Positions 41,023 through 49,635 of a stretch of 64,000 bases of DNA are shown here, one piece after another; the first letter of the stretch is position 1, and each line of letters begins with the position of its first letter. The notes below the pieces were generated by a model, which did not search any database, was not told the DNA's origin, and was given only the letters and a program-made list of their open reading frames with translations. Source of the stretch: an uncultured delta proteobacterium (GTDB taxonomy: Bacteria; Myxococcota_A; Polyangia; Fen-1088); the NCBI GenBank assembly GCA_963737265.1, contig CAVTRY010000011.1, positions 1,024,001-1,088,000 on the forward strand. The letters run 5' to 3'. Both the position numbers and the translations under genes were made by a program.

Positions 41023-42328
41023 GTGGACACGGGTTCGCGTTGACGAAATCGCGCAGCGGACGGCGACCGGTCCGTTTGGCTCTGCGATTAGCTCGAAGCA
41101 CTTTTGTGATTCCGGTGTTCCCGTCATTCGCGGCAGCAATCTGAGTCAGAAAACGGGCATTCGGTTGGTTGACGAGGGTTTGACGTTCGTCTCGGAGGAG
41201 AAGGCCAGGGAGTTCGCTCGCTCGGAAGCTCGGCCTGGGGACTTGGTATTCACTTGCTGGGGAACAATCGACCAAGTCGGACTCATCGACCGCCGCGCAC
41301 GCCACAAGCGCTACATCGTGTCGAACAAGCAAATGCTGTTCACCCCGGATGCGTCGCGGGCAGACAGCCTCTTTCTGTACTACACGTTCCGTTCACCGGA
41401 GAATCGTTCGGCGATACTGAACCAAGGAATTGGCAGCTCAGTTCCCGGTTTCAACCTGGGGCAGCTCCGCTCATTTGAGATCGACCTTCCGCCCCTCGCT
41501 GTACAGAAGGCAATCGCGGCGGTGCTTGGCGCGCTGGACGACAAGATCGAGTTGAACCGGCGGATGAACTCGACTCTGGATGCGATGGCGCGGGCGCTGT
41601 TCCAGAGCTGGTTCGTGGATTTCGATCCCGTCCGCGCCAAACTCGACGGCCGCAAACCCGAATGCCTCGACAAAGCCACCGCCGCCCTGTTCCCCGCCGC
41701 CTTCGAAGACTCCCCGCTGGGTCTCATCCCACGCGGTTGGGAAACGCGCAGCCTTGACAAGACCGCCAACTACCTGAACGGGCTCGCCCTCCAAAACTAT
41801 CCGGCGGGCGATGGCGATGATCTTCCCGTGATCAAGATTGCCCAGCTCCGCAAGGGCGACACCGATGGAGCAGACCGGTGCAGCGCCGACCTGTCACCCG
41901 AGTACATCGTTCAGGACGGCGATGTACTATTCTCGTGGTCGGGCAGCCTGGAGGTCCAGCTGTGGTGTGGCGGCCCAGGCGCGCTGAACCAGCACCTATT
42001 CAAGGTCACCTCGGCCGAGTTCCCGAAATGGTTCTGCTACCTCTGGACGTTGCACCACCTCGACGAGTTCCGCCTCATCGCAGCTGGCAAGGCGACTACC
42101 ATGGGGCACATCCAGCGCGGCCACTTGACAGCAGCCAAGGTCATCATTCCACCCCAGCCGTTGCTCAAAGCGATGACCCGCGTCTTAGCGCCGCTTGTCG
42201 ACCAAATCATCTCCAACCGCATCCAGTCGCGCACCCTCGCCACCCTGCGCGACACCCTGCTGCCAAAACTGCTGAGCGGGGAGCTGAGCGTAGACGGCCC
42301 GCGAGCCCTTCTTGAAGCGAACCCATGA
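41012..42328 (+). CDS. hsdS: Type I R-M specificity subunit
   Basis: Two TRDs with conserved regions PPLAVQKAIAAVLGALDDKIELN, ALFQSWFVDFDPV, LGLIPRGW, LATLRDTLLPKLLSGEL. Confidence 0.95.
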   Translation: MADKWTRVRVDEIAQRTATGPFGSAISSKHFCDSGVPVIRGSNLSQKTGIRLVDEGLTFVSEEKAREFARSEARPGDLVFTCWGTIDQVGLIDRRARHKRYIVSNKQMLFTPDASRADSLFLYYTFRSPENRSAILNQGIGSSVPGFNLGQLRSFEIDLPPLAVQKAIAAVLGALDDKIELNRRMNSTLDAMARALFQSWFVDFDPVRAKLDGRKPECLDKATAALFPAAFEDSPLGLIPRGWETRSLDKTANYLNGLALQNYPAGDGDDLPVIKIAQLRKGDTDGADRCSADLSPEYIVQDGDVLFSWSGSLEVQLWCGGPGALNQHLFKVTSAEFPKWFCYLWTLHHLDEFRLIAAGKATTMGHIQRGHLTAAKVIIPPQPLLKAMTRVLAPLVDQIISNRIQSRTLATLRDTLLPKLLSGELSVDGPRALLEANP

Positions 42329-42637
42329 ACGGCAACAAGCGCCTCCGAAGGGTCTTTTCTGTGAAGGAGGAACTCCTCAAGAAGTCCCGCGAGGCGGCGC
42401 TCGCTGCGGTGCAGATATTCAACAACCCAAACGTCACGTTCAAATCCGAGACGTACGTTATCCTCATGATTGTCTCGTGGACGTACCTCCTGCACGCTTA
42501 CTACCGGGGCCAAAGGATCGACTATCGCTACTACGCCCAGGGCGACAGACGAAGGCGATTCGACCGAACGAAGGGCGAGTATGCACTTCACAACACCAGC
42601 GGAAACCACAAAAACCTACACCTGACAGCCTGCTAGC

Positions 42638-42799
42638 CTAGCCCTTCGGCTTGGCCGGCGGCGGGTCGGCTGGCGTAGGCTCTTCCGGCCCCAGGGGCTT
42701 CGGTGGCTCGCCCCCGAGCACCTGCCCCATGATGCGGTCAAACTCGTCTGCCGGCATTCGTAGCTCCTCGTCCTTGCCCGTGGGCTTCTGTGGCTTCAC
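42638..42799 (-). CDS. Small 53-aa hypothetical protein
   Basis: GTGA overlap with the relE stop; EELRMPADEFDRIMGQVL followed by a Pro-rich tail. Confidence 0.55.
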   Translation of the reverse strand: MKPQKPTGKDEELRMPADEFDRIMGQVLGGEPPKPLGPEEPTPADPPPAKPKG

Positions 42800-43068
42800 C
42801 TGTACACGTCCTTTCGGTGGTCGATGTCGAGCACGCATACGATCACGCCTCGCACGCAATAGAGAATTCGGTAGTCACCTGAGCGGATACGGTAGATCCG
42901 CTCCGCCCCGTCTGCCATGCCCTGTACGATCTTGGCAGTTGTTGGATGTGGATTGGCGGCGAGTTGCTGGATCTTGGTGACGATTTGCCGACGCGGCTTC
43001 TTGTCGAGCGTCTTGAGGTAGTCAAGGCAGCACCGCGCATAGGCAAAGCCGTAGTATGGAGATGGCAT
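42796..43068 (-). CDS. relE: RelE/StbE-family toxin
   Basis: IQQLAANPHP, YRIRSGDYRILY, HRKDVYR; TGATG overlap with the upstream R-M gene. Confidence 0.92.
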   Translation of the reverse strand: MPSPYYGFAYARCCLDYLKTLDKKPRRQIVTKIQQLAANPHPTTAKIVQGMADGAERIYRIRSGDYRILYCVRGVIVCVLDIDHRKDVYR

Positions 43069-45803
43069 CAGGAGAGTAGCTCATCTAGTTCCGCCTCTAG
43101 CTCCGCGCCCTGCACCATGCTGTCCTTATTCTTTCGAATGCCAGCAAGCCTCGATGCGGCGATGGCCGCGTCGCGCTCATCCTCGGTCAGCGAGGATTCG
43201 TCATCGTCGCCTTCTGGTTCGTCATGCAGTCCTTCTATCTGCTTCGTGAGGAGTGTTGCCCGGTTCCGAAGGGCGACCCTTGTCTCAATGATGTGCCTAG
43301 TTTCGTCAATGATGCGCTTGCGCTCCTTGTCAGACTTCGGCACAGCGACCTTCAACTCAAGGACGCGCTTGCCTAGTGTGTCGATAATGTCCTGTGTGAA
43401 CTGCTTGGAACGAATCTGCCTTTTCACAACAGAGGTGTTTAGGCACGCGAAAAGTAGCCATGGATCAATTATCTTTGGATCTTCGACACGCAACCGGAAA
43501 ATGTGACTCTGGAATAGCATCGGAAGGTCGCTTTCCGTCACCATTGCGCACGTGCCTATGAGGTAGGTGCCGTCGCGAACGATCAAGATGTCCCCAGCAC
43601 GCGCATCCGAGCCAGAAGCATACTCTCCGTATATCGCCCTGCTCACTCCATGCTTGAAATCGGCTCGAATTTCCCACCCAGAAAGGTCCGATGATCGGAT
43701 GAATGGTATTTTGCCGGTTCCATATGCCATCTTCCCTGGCTCGACTCCCGTGGAGAACGAAACGGCTCCAGCATCAACCAGCTCTCCGATCTGCATCAGT
43801 TCGTGCGTCTTCAACAGTGAAACGAGATAATGGTCCAATTCGGGATTGTAATACTTCGGGACAAAGATATTGTTGCGAATCTCATTGGATTTGATGAGGA
43901 ACCCTAGGTGATCCCACTGGTCAGGTGCTCGGCGATTCGTCGTGCGGAAGCGTTCGCCGATCACGGGTACATCATCCAACAGTTCCGATGGTCCGCCCTT
44001 GAGGTTCTTCCGGATAGTAGGGTTACCCCGGCTATCGTGGCCACACCACTTGGCGTCGGCCATGAAGATGTTGTATGGCTGCCTCGGCGGTGTCCCCTTC
44101 TTGAGAAGCATGACACACACCTTGGTGTGAGTTCCGCCTTTGCCGCTTGTCTTAAAAAGAGCTTCCGGCATCGTGACTACGGCACGGATGGTTGTCCGGG
44201 CGAGCAAGAATCCGATCACGTAGGCATAGGACGGATTGCCCAGGATGCTTTCTGGAAGCACGATGCCGACCGATCCGCCCTCTTTGGCCAACTGTAGGCA
44301 GCGCTCCAAAAACAGCAGTTGGGGGACCTGATCATCGCGCACGTCAGTCTTATCAAATTCCAGGTCGCCCCCGTCTGCATTCTCGCGCCATTTGTGGCCA
44401 AGGGCGTACTGCACCAGGGTTTCCTTGGTATCGATCTTGAGCTTCGCACCAAAGGGAGGATTCGCTACGACAACCTGAAAGGTTCCCAGCTTGATTGCGT
44501 GGCGCGGTACAGGGTCCCACTGGTCGTGTGGGAGTAGACTGTTCAGGGAGAAGACTCCGCCACGACCATCACCCATTATGGCCATGTATGCCTTCGTCAC
44601 CTTGGCAAGGAAGGAGTCCTTGTCGATTCCTCGGAAACACTGCGATGCTACGCGGATCTTCTTTTGCTCCAACTGCGAAGCTGACCATGCCTTGCGCTTT
44701 CCCTCAGCTTCCAGCTTCCGCCAGACGTTTTCCAGCGCACCAATCAGGAAGCCGCCCGAACCGCACGCTGGGTCTACTATCCAGTCCCCCGGCACGACAT
44801 CGATCATGTCCATGAGCATTTGGACCACGTTGCGAGGTGTAAAGAATTGGCCATCTGCTCCTCGCAGAGCGGGACCAATGAACGTCTCGAACGCGTCCCC
44901 TATGGCATCGCGGCTCGCCCTCGTGAGACAGTAGTTTTGCAGCTCTCCGACAACGTAGGCGACGCTTGGGGCATCAAGCGAAATACTTTCGTGCTCGTCG
45001 AAAACGTCCGCATACTCTGCTTTCACTTTATCATTGAAGATTTCGAGTATTCTTTCTTTGGTGTCGGCTGGTTCCTCGTCGATTCCAGTGTGGAATGACA
45101 CTGCCTCGTCCGGTTCGGTATTCAGTTCGTCGTATAGCTTGCAGAAGAGAATGTTGATGATCTCTTTTGCCACCGCTTCGTCGCGCGTGGTCCCCTGGGT
45201 CAACTGGGCCAGATGGTTGCGTATGTCGCGAAACACAGCTCGAATGTTCGACGGCGGAACCAAATCGCGACGCTTGAACAGTCCGACATCTTCAATGCGC
45301 TGGCCACGCCTAGGGATCGAAGAGATATTCTCATAGTTGCGTTTCCCGTTGCGAAAGACCTTGCGAATGTAGAGGTGCTCGTCGCCGTTGAACCACACTC
45401 CTATGTCGGCCGGCGACATGTCCAGGTAAAGCTTCAATTGAGCAAGGCCATCCTTGCTCGTCTTCTTTTTACACTCAACCACCATGAACAGGTGGTCTTC
45501 TATCTTCTCGGCGTCCTTAAAGACGGCGATGTCGACCGGATACGCCCTTGCCTCGTCCGACGGGCGACTGCGAACCCTGAACTGTGGCCGCGTCTGAATC
45601 TGCGCCTTGTGATAACCGAAATCCTCTACCAGTCTCCTGGCAAAGACCTGTACAGCTTCGTATTCTTCACGAGTAGCTCTGACGGGAAGCTCGCTGATGA
45701 AGTCAATGAGCGTCCCCTCGGCGGGAATTTCGCTCAATTCCGATCCTGCGGGATCGTTGGGTCCGCTTGATGGCGTTTCCTGTCGCTTGGCCAACTTTGC
45801 CAT
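43068..45803 (-). CDS. Single-chain Type IIG-like R-M enzyme (nuclease + N6-MTase + TRD) with antitoxin-like C-terminal tail
   Basis: PVDIAVF...VECKK PD-(D/E)xK; GQFFTP, DPACGSGGF, NPPF; HsdS-like TRD (PFIRSSD, GDILIVRDG); acidic linker plus 40-aa helical tail. Confidence 0.88.
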   Translation of the reverse strand: MAKLAKRQETPSSGPNDPAGSELSEIPAEGTLIDFISELPVRATREEYEAVQVFARRLVEDFGYHKAQIQTRPQFRVRSRPSDEARAYPVDIAVFKDAEKIEDHLFMVVECKKKTSKDGLAQLKLYLDMSPADIGVWFNGDEHLYIRKVFRNGKRNYENISSIPRRGQRIEDVGLFKRRDLVPPSNIRAVFRDIRNHLAQLTQGTTRDEAVAKEIINILFCKLYDELNTEPDEAVSFHTGIDEEPADTKERILEIFNDKVKAEYADVFDEHESISLDAPSVAYVVGELQNYCLTRASRDAIGDAFETFIGPALRGADGQFFTPRNVVQMLMDMIDVVPGDWIVDPACGSGGFLIGALENVWRKLEAEGKRKAWSASQLEQKKIRVASQCFRGIDKDSFLAKVTKAYMAIMGDGRGGVFSLNSLLPHDQWDPVPRHAIKLGTFQVVVANPPFGAKLKIDTKETLVQYALGHKWRENADGGDLEFDKTDVRDDQVPQLLFLERCLQLAKEGGSVGIVLPESILGNPSYAYVIGFLLARTTIRAVVTMPEALFKTSGKGGTHTKVCVMLLKKGTPPRQPYNIFMADAKWCGHDSRGNPTIRKNLKGGPSELLDDVPVIGERFRTTNRRAPDQWDHLGFLIKSNEIRNNIFVPKYYNPELDHYLVSLLKTHELMQIGELVDAGAVSFSTGVEPGKMAYGTGKIPFIRSSDLSGWEIRADFKHGVSRAIYGEYASGSDARAGDILIVRDGTYLIGTCAMVTESDLPMLFQSHIFRLRVEDPKIIDPWLLFACLNTSVVKRQIRSKQFTQDIIDTLGKRVLELKVAVPKSDKERKRIIDETRHIIETRVALRNRATLLTKQIEGLHDEPEGDDDESSLTEDERDAAIAASRLAGIRKNKDSMVQGAELEAELDELLS

Positions 45804-45806
45804 GGT

Positions 45807-46775
45807 CTAGCTCGCCTTCCGTTGCGGAGAATGGAGCATGAGGCGCTTGCCTTCCATGCGGAGGATGCCGACCACGGTGCGCTCGCCGTCGGTCATCTTG
45901 CGGGTGTTGTACTTGTGGTCAAGCTCGGCGAAGTAGAGGTGCGTGTGCTTGTAGCTGATGCTGTGGTGGGTGCCGTCAATGCTGCGCTTGGAGTTTCCGA
46001 AGAAGCCCTCGGCGGTGTTCGTGGTCACGCGCACGCCATCTTCTGCCGTGCGCGCGTACTCCTCGATGCTGTGGTTGACGGTCTCGTGTGAAGAGAAGTC
46101 CTTGCCGACCTTTGTGTAGAGCGGGGATTCGTCGGTGTGCAGACTGGCTTCCTCGTTGACGTGTTCCTTCAAGAGCTTCGTGATCGCTTCGCCGGTCACG
46201 TGGTCGACCACGCGGGAGCGCACTCGGCCTCCGCGTTCAATGAGCGATACGACTGGCGTCTTGTTTCCCACGTAGCCCCGGCCTCGACCGCGCATCTTAC
46301 CACCCAGGTAGGTCTCGTCAGCTTCCACGATCCCGGTGAGCTGGTCCGACGGGAAGATGTCGGCGAGGGCGAAGCGGATGCGATGGCAGAGGAACAGGGC
46401 GCTGTGGTAGGAGCCAATCTCAAGCTGGCGTTGAAGCTGAAGCGCCGAGACCTGCGTCTTGCTCGCGCACATCATGTAGAAAGCGATCAGCCACTTGTTC
46501 AACGGAATGTGGCTGTCTTCCATGACCGTTCCGACGGTGACGGTGAAGGTGTCCTGGCACTCGGCGCACTTGTACATGCCCTGTCGGATCTTCGCGGCGC
46601 GGTTCGCGGTCAGCGCGTAGATCCTGAACTCATCGGCGTTTCCACAGTGCGGGCAGCTTCGGCCGTTGGCCCAGCGCACGCCCTCGAAGTACGCGCGCGC
46701 GGCTTCTTCCGTTGAGAAGCGAGCCATCACAGTCATCAGCGTGAGGTCGGAGCCGGTTGCGTTCTTCGTTGCCAT
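45807..46775 (-). CDS. IS1595-family transposase (Zn ribbon + ISXO2-like DDE)
   Basis: CPHC..CAEC, VEADETYLGG, LHTDE, VNHS, TTNTAEGFF. Confidence 0.95.
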   Translation of the reverse strand: MATKNATGSDLTLMTVMARFSTEEAARAYFEGVRWANGRSCPHCGNADEFRIYALTANRAAKIRQGMYKCAECQDTFTVTVGTVMEDSHIPLNKWLIAFYMMCASKTQVSALQLQRQLEIGSYHSALFLCHRIRFALADIFPSDQLTGIVEADETYLGGKMRGRGRGYVGNKTPVVSLIERGGRVRSRVVDHVTGEAITKLLKEHVNEEASLHTDESPLYTKVGKDFSSHETVNHSIEEYARTAEDGVRVTTNTAEGFFGNSKRSIDGTHHSISYKHTHLYFAELDHKYNTRKMTDGERTVVGILRMEGKRLMLHSPQRKAS

Positions 46776-46781
46776 GATCTG

Positions 46782-46810
46782 AAGATAGTATGATCTGAAT
46801 TATGGCGCAA
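46782..46810 (-). promoter_or_regulatory. Candidate leaderless promoter of the transposase operon
   Basis: TTGCGC-N17-TATCTT-N6-ATG; TTCAGATCAT repeated twice across it. Confidence 0.65.
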
Positions 46811-46816
46811 CCAAAA

Positions 46817-47047
46817 TCAACCTGTGTCTGTCGATTCTGTAGGATGCGTTAAACGCACAGCAGCCTCAACCGCCCATCTGCGAACACAGACCGAGTGGTC
46901 TTGCTCAAGAAAACGAGCTGCTGCCAGGATGGTGGCGCGTTCTTCGTCGGTAAGCGTCACATGAATCGTGTTCTGCTTGCGCCGTGGGTTTGGGGTGCGC
47001 GGGCGACCACGGCGGCGTTGGCTTTGTTCTGGCTGGGTTGAGTCCAT
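46817..47047 (-). CDS. Small DNA-binding protein (AT-hook-like GRPR + ribbon-helix-helix-like)
   Basis: RRRGRPR then IHVTLTDEERATILAAA; inside the transposon with its own promoter. Confidence 0.65.
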   Translation of the reverse strand: MDSTQPEQSQRRRGRPRTPNPRRKQNTIHVTLTDEERATILAAARFLEQDHSVCVRRWAVEAAVRLTHPTESTDTG

Positions 47048-47053
47048 GCACAC

Positions 47054-47082
47054 AACCTACCAGCACACTAATTTAAGCGCAA
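47054..47082 (-). promoter_or_regulatory. Candidate leaderless promoter of the RHH-like gene
   Basis: TTGCGC-N17-TAGGTT-N6-ATG. Confidence 0.6.
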
Positions 47083-47976
47083 CTAAATCATCCTAGGGTT
47101 TGACGTTCCGTGAACTAGGGCGTCACGTCGGGCGGTGTTGTGAAGTGCATACTCGCCGAACGAAGCATGGCGCCTTCAAGCACTGGGAGCTGGAGAGATG
47201 CCTCGATGAGAAGACCTGTCCGCTCCAGCGCGAGGTGGTTCAAAACCCGAAGTTCCTAACTGGACTCCGCCACGAAATCGAACACCAGATGACCACGCGT
47301 ATTGATGACCTTCTCAGTGCGCGTTTCCAAGCCTGCTGCATCAACTACCACGATGCCAGTGTGGCGCTCTTTGGCGAGGACCACGGCATCGCGAAGCACC
47401 TCGCTGTCAGCTTGCAGTTCGCATCTCTTGGTGCTGAGCAGATCGAGACCCTGGACCAACATCCGGGACTTCCGGGGTACGTAAGGCGATACATCGAGGG
47501 CTTCGATGGCGCACTGACTGCCGACGACTACACGAGCCCGAAGTTCGCCTACCGGGTCATCTTCGTCCCGAAGACGGTGAATCATCCGAGCCAGGCCGAC
47601 CAGGTCATCAAATTCGTCAAGGCTGACTCAGCGGTCGCCCAGCAAGTCAATGCCACCTACGCGGTCGTAAAGGAAACCGAGAAGCCCAAATGTCTTCCGT
47701 CGGAAATCGTCAGGAAGATGAAAGAGGAGGGTTTCCCTCGATTCGGCATGCACCAGCATACGGAACTCTGGAAAAGTATAGACGCCAAGGACATGGGCAA
47801 GGGCTTTGGCGTCTCCATCGGCAAGACCTGGTACTGGTACGACCCATGGCTGGATGAGGTTCGCAAGCATTGCAGGGACAAGAAGGAGAAGTACCAATGA
47901 CTTCAGGGTCCGGTGCGCGTGAAAGAACTTTGGCCTTCACCCTCAATTCCCTGGGCTTTACGAAGGAACTCGTGCC

Positions 47977-48297
47977 ATGAACCAGGCCGATTTTGAAGGA
48001 CTCCTGAACGACACGACCAAGCGCGTGATCGGCGATGTCACATGGGCGGTTGACGAGGACCGCTCGCCGGCCGTGGAGTTCCGCGTGGATCACAACCCCA
48101 CTTGCACGAACACCGGCGAGAAGCACAAGCACCGCTGGCGCAAGCCGGTGCGGGACAAGGAAGCGTACGTCCCTGATGACATCACCGCGCCACCGACCGA
48201 TCCTGTTTCCGTCTGGCGCCAGTTCTGCGCTGAGGCCAAGATTAACCACGACGGCGTCATGCACCCGCCGCCGCCAGTTCAGATGGAGCTGCTATGA
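47977..48297 (+). CDS. Hypothetical protein (DUF6978-like), possibly internally deleted
   Basis: HNP..GEKHKHRW..DKEAYVP..WRQFCAEAKI; ATGA overlap with the next gene. Confidence 0.55.
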   Translation: MNQADFEGLLNDTTKRVIGDVTWAVDEDRSPAVEFRVDHNPTCTNTGEKHKHRWRKPVRDKEAYVPDDITAPPTDPVSVWRQFCAEAKINHDGVMHPPPPVQMELL

Positions 48298-49078
48298 GCC
48301 TAGCCGCTAGCGACATTCTCACCGACAAGTTGGGCCCGCTGTTTTCGTATGACCAGGTGAATGGCTTCACCCGGATACGGACGCCGTTCCTCTATCCGGA
48401 TGGCGACGTGATCGACCTCTTCCTTCAGGAGCAGTCCGGCTCGATGACAGTCACCGACTTGGGCGAGACCATGCGCTGGCTGCGCGGCCAGTGCATCTCT
48501 CCCCGTAGGTCGCCGAAGCAAAGAGCCTTGATCGAGGATGTCTGCCTGAATCATGGGATCGAGTTCTTCCGGGGCATGCTGGTCGCGCGGGTGAAGCCCG
48601 GCGACAACGTCGCGGCGGTCGTCATGCGTGCCGCGCAGGCGTGCCTTCGCGCGGCCGACGTGTGGTTCACCATGCGAACGCGGTCGGTGGAAAGTGTCAC
48701 CGACGAGGTGGAGGTCTTCCTGGGTTTGAACGCAGCCAGCCGTTGGTCGGTCGGTCGGGGAGGACCTGGCGACCCGACTTTCATACGCGCACGCCCAAAC
48801 GCAGCTCGCTGGTCTGCGTCCTGAGCACGGGTAGCAGGGCCGCGGCCAAGAACGTCACCGAACATGTGCTGGCCGCTTGGTACGACCTCAACGTCCTCGC
48901 GATTGGCCCCGAAGGTTTGCAGTTCGTCTCGCTGTTCGACGACACCATGGACGTCTGGAGTGACCAGGACTTCAACCTTCTGAAGGACATTTCCACCCTC
49001 ACGCGTTGGTCGCAGCCCGAGGGATTCATCGAAGCGTTGGCAGCCACCCCTATTGAAATGGCGGCTCGAACGACGTAG
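48294..49078 (+). pseudogene. DUF1828-like protein, frameshifted near 48725
   Basis: RIRTPFLYPDGDVIDLF, VTDLGETM; continuation GRSGRTWRPDFH..LSTGS..SLFDDT in another frame. Confidence 0.7.
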
Positions 49079-49083
49079 AGAAC

Positions 49084-49635
49084 ATGGAGCAGATGCGATC
49101 CCTGTCGCCGCCCGATATCGAGTCCGAGCTGAGCTATGCCTACCTGCACGCGGTGGCATCCAAGGCAGGTATGTCCTGTCGCTGTGGCAATCGGCATGAA
49201 GACAACAGCGGGACCGACGCCATCGTGACCGCGTGGTTGCCGCCCGTAGACCCCTCGACCCTGACGGAGGTGACCATCAACGTCCAGCTCAAGGCCACCG
49301 TCAAGAACCCCGGCGAGGATGGCGTGAACCTCTCGTATTTCCTCGGCGAACCCAAGCGCTACCACGATCTGCGCTCAGAGACGGTCGCCGTGCCGAGGAT
49401 TCTGGTGGTTCTGTTTCTGCCGCACGATGCCTCCGAGTGGCTGCATCATTCGCCTGAACAGCTCGCGCTCCGTCGCTGCGCCTACTGGGAGAGCCTCCGA
49501 GGAGCGCCGGAAATCACGACGACCTCTGGCACCACCGTCAAGCTGCCTAAGACTCACGTCTTTTCCCCTGAAGGGCTGACCCATCTCACTACACGTCTGT
49601 CGCGTAGGGACTTTCCTCGCTACGGTGTTGCATGA
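49084..49635 (+). CDS. DUF4365-like PD-(D/E)xK-fold protein
   Basis: ELSYAYLHAVA, DNSGTDA, NVQLKAT, PRILVV, CAYWESL. Confidence 0.8.
   Translation: MEQMRSLSPPDIESELSYAYLHAVASKAGMSCRCGNRHEDNSGTDAIVTAWLPPVDPSTLTEVTINVQLKATVKNPGEDGVNLSYFLGEPKRYHDLRSETVAVPRILVVLFLPHDASEWLHHSPEQLALRRCAYWESLRGAPEITTTSGTTVKLPKTHVFSPEGLTHLTTRLSRRDFPRYGVA

Larger units (their letters stand above)
42574..47157 (-). mobile_element. IS1595-family transposon with passenger genes (4584 bp)
   Basis: Perfect 24-bp IRs GGCGAGTATGCACTTCACAACACC (42574-97, 47134-57); 8-bp TSD GAACGAAG (42566-73, 47158-65); IS1595 transposase inside. Confidence 0.97.
42325..47900 (+). pseudogene. DUF3644-like HEPN protein split by the IS1595 transposon (42325-42573 + 47166-47900)
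   Basis: Removing the element and one TSD restores in-frame FDRTK|HGAFKHWEL; Rx4H motif RHEIEH. Confidence 0.88.
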
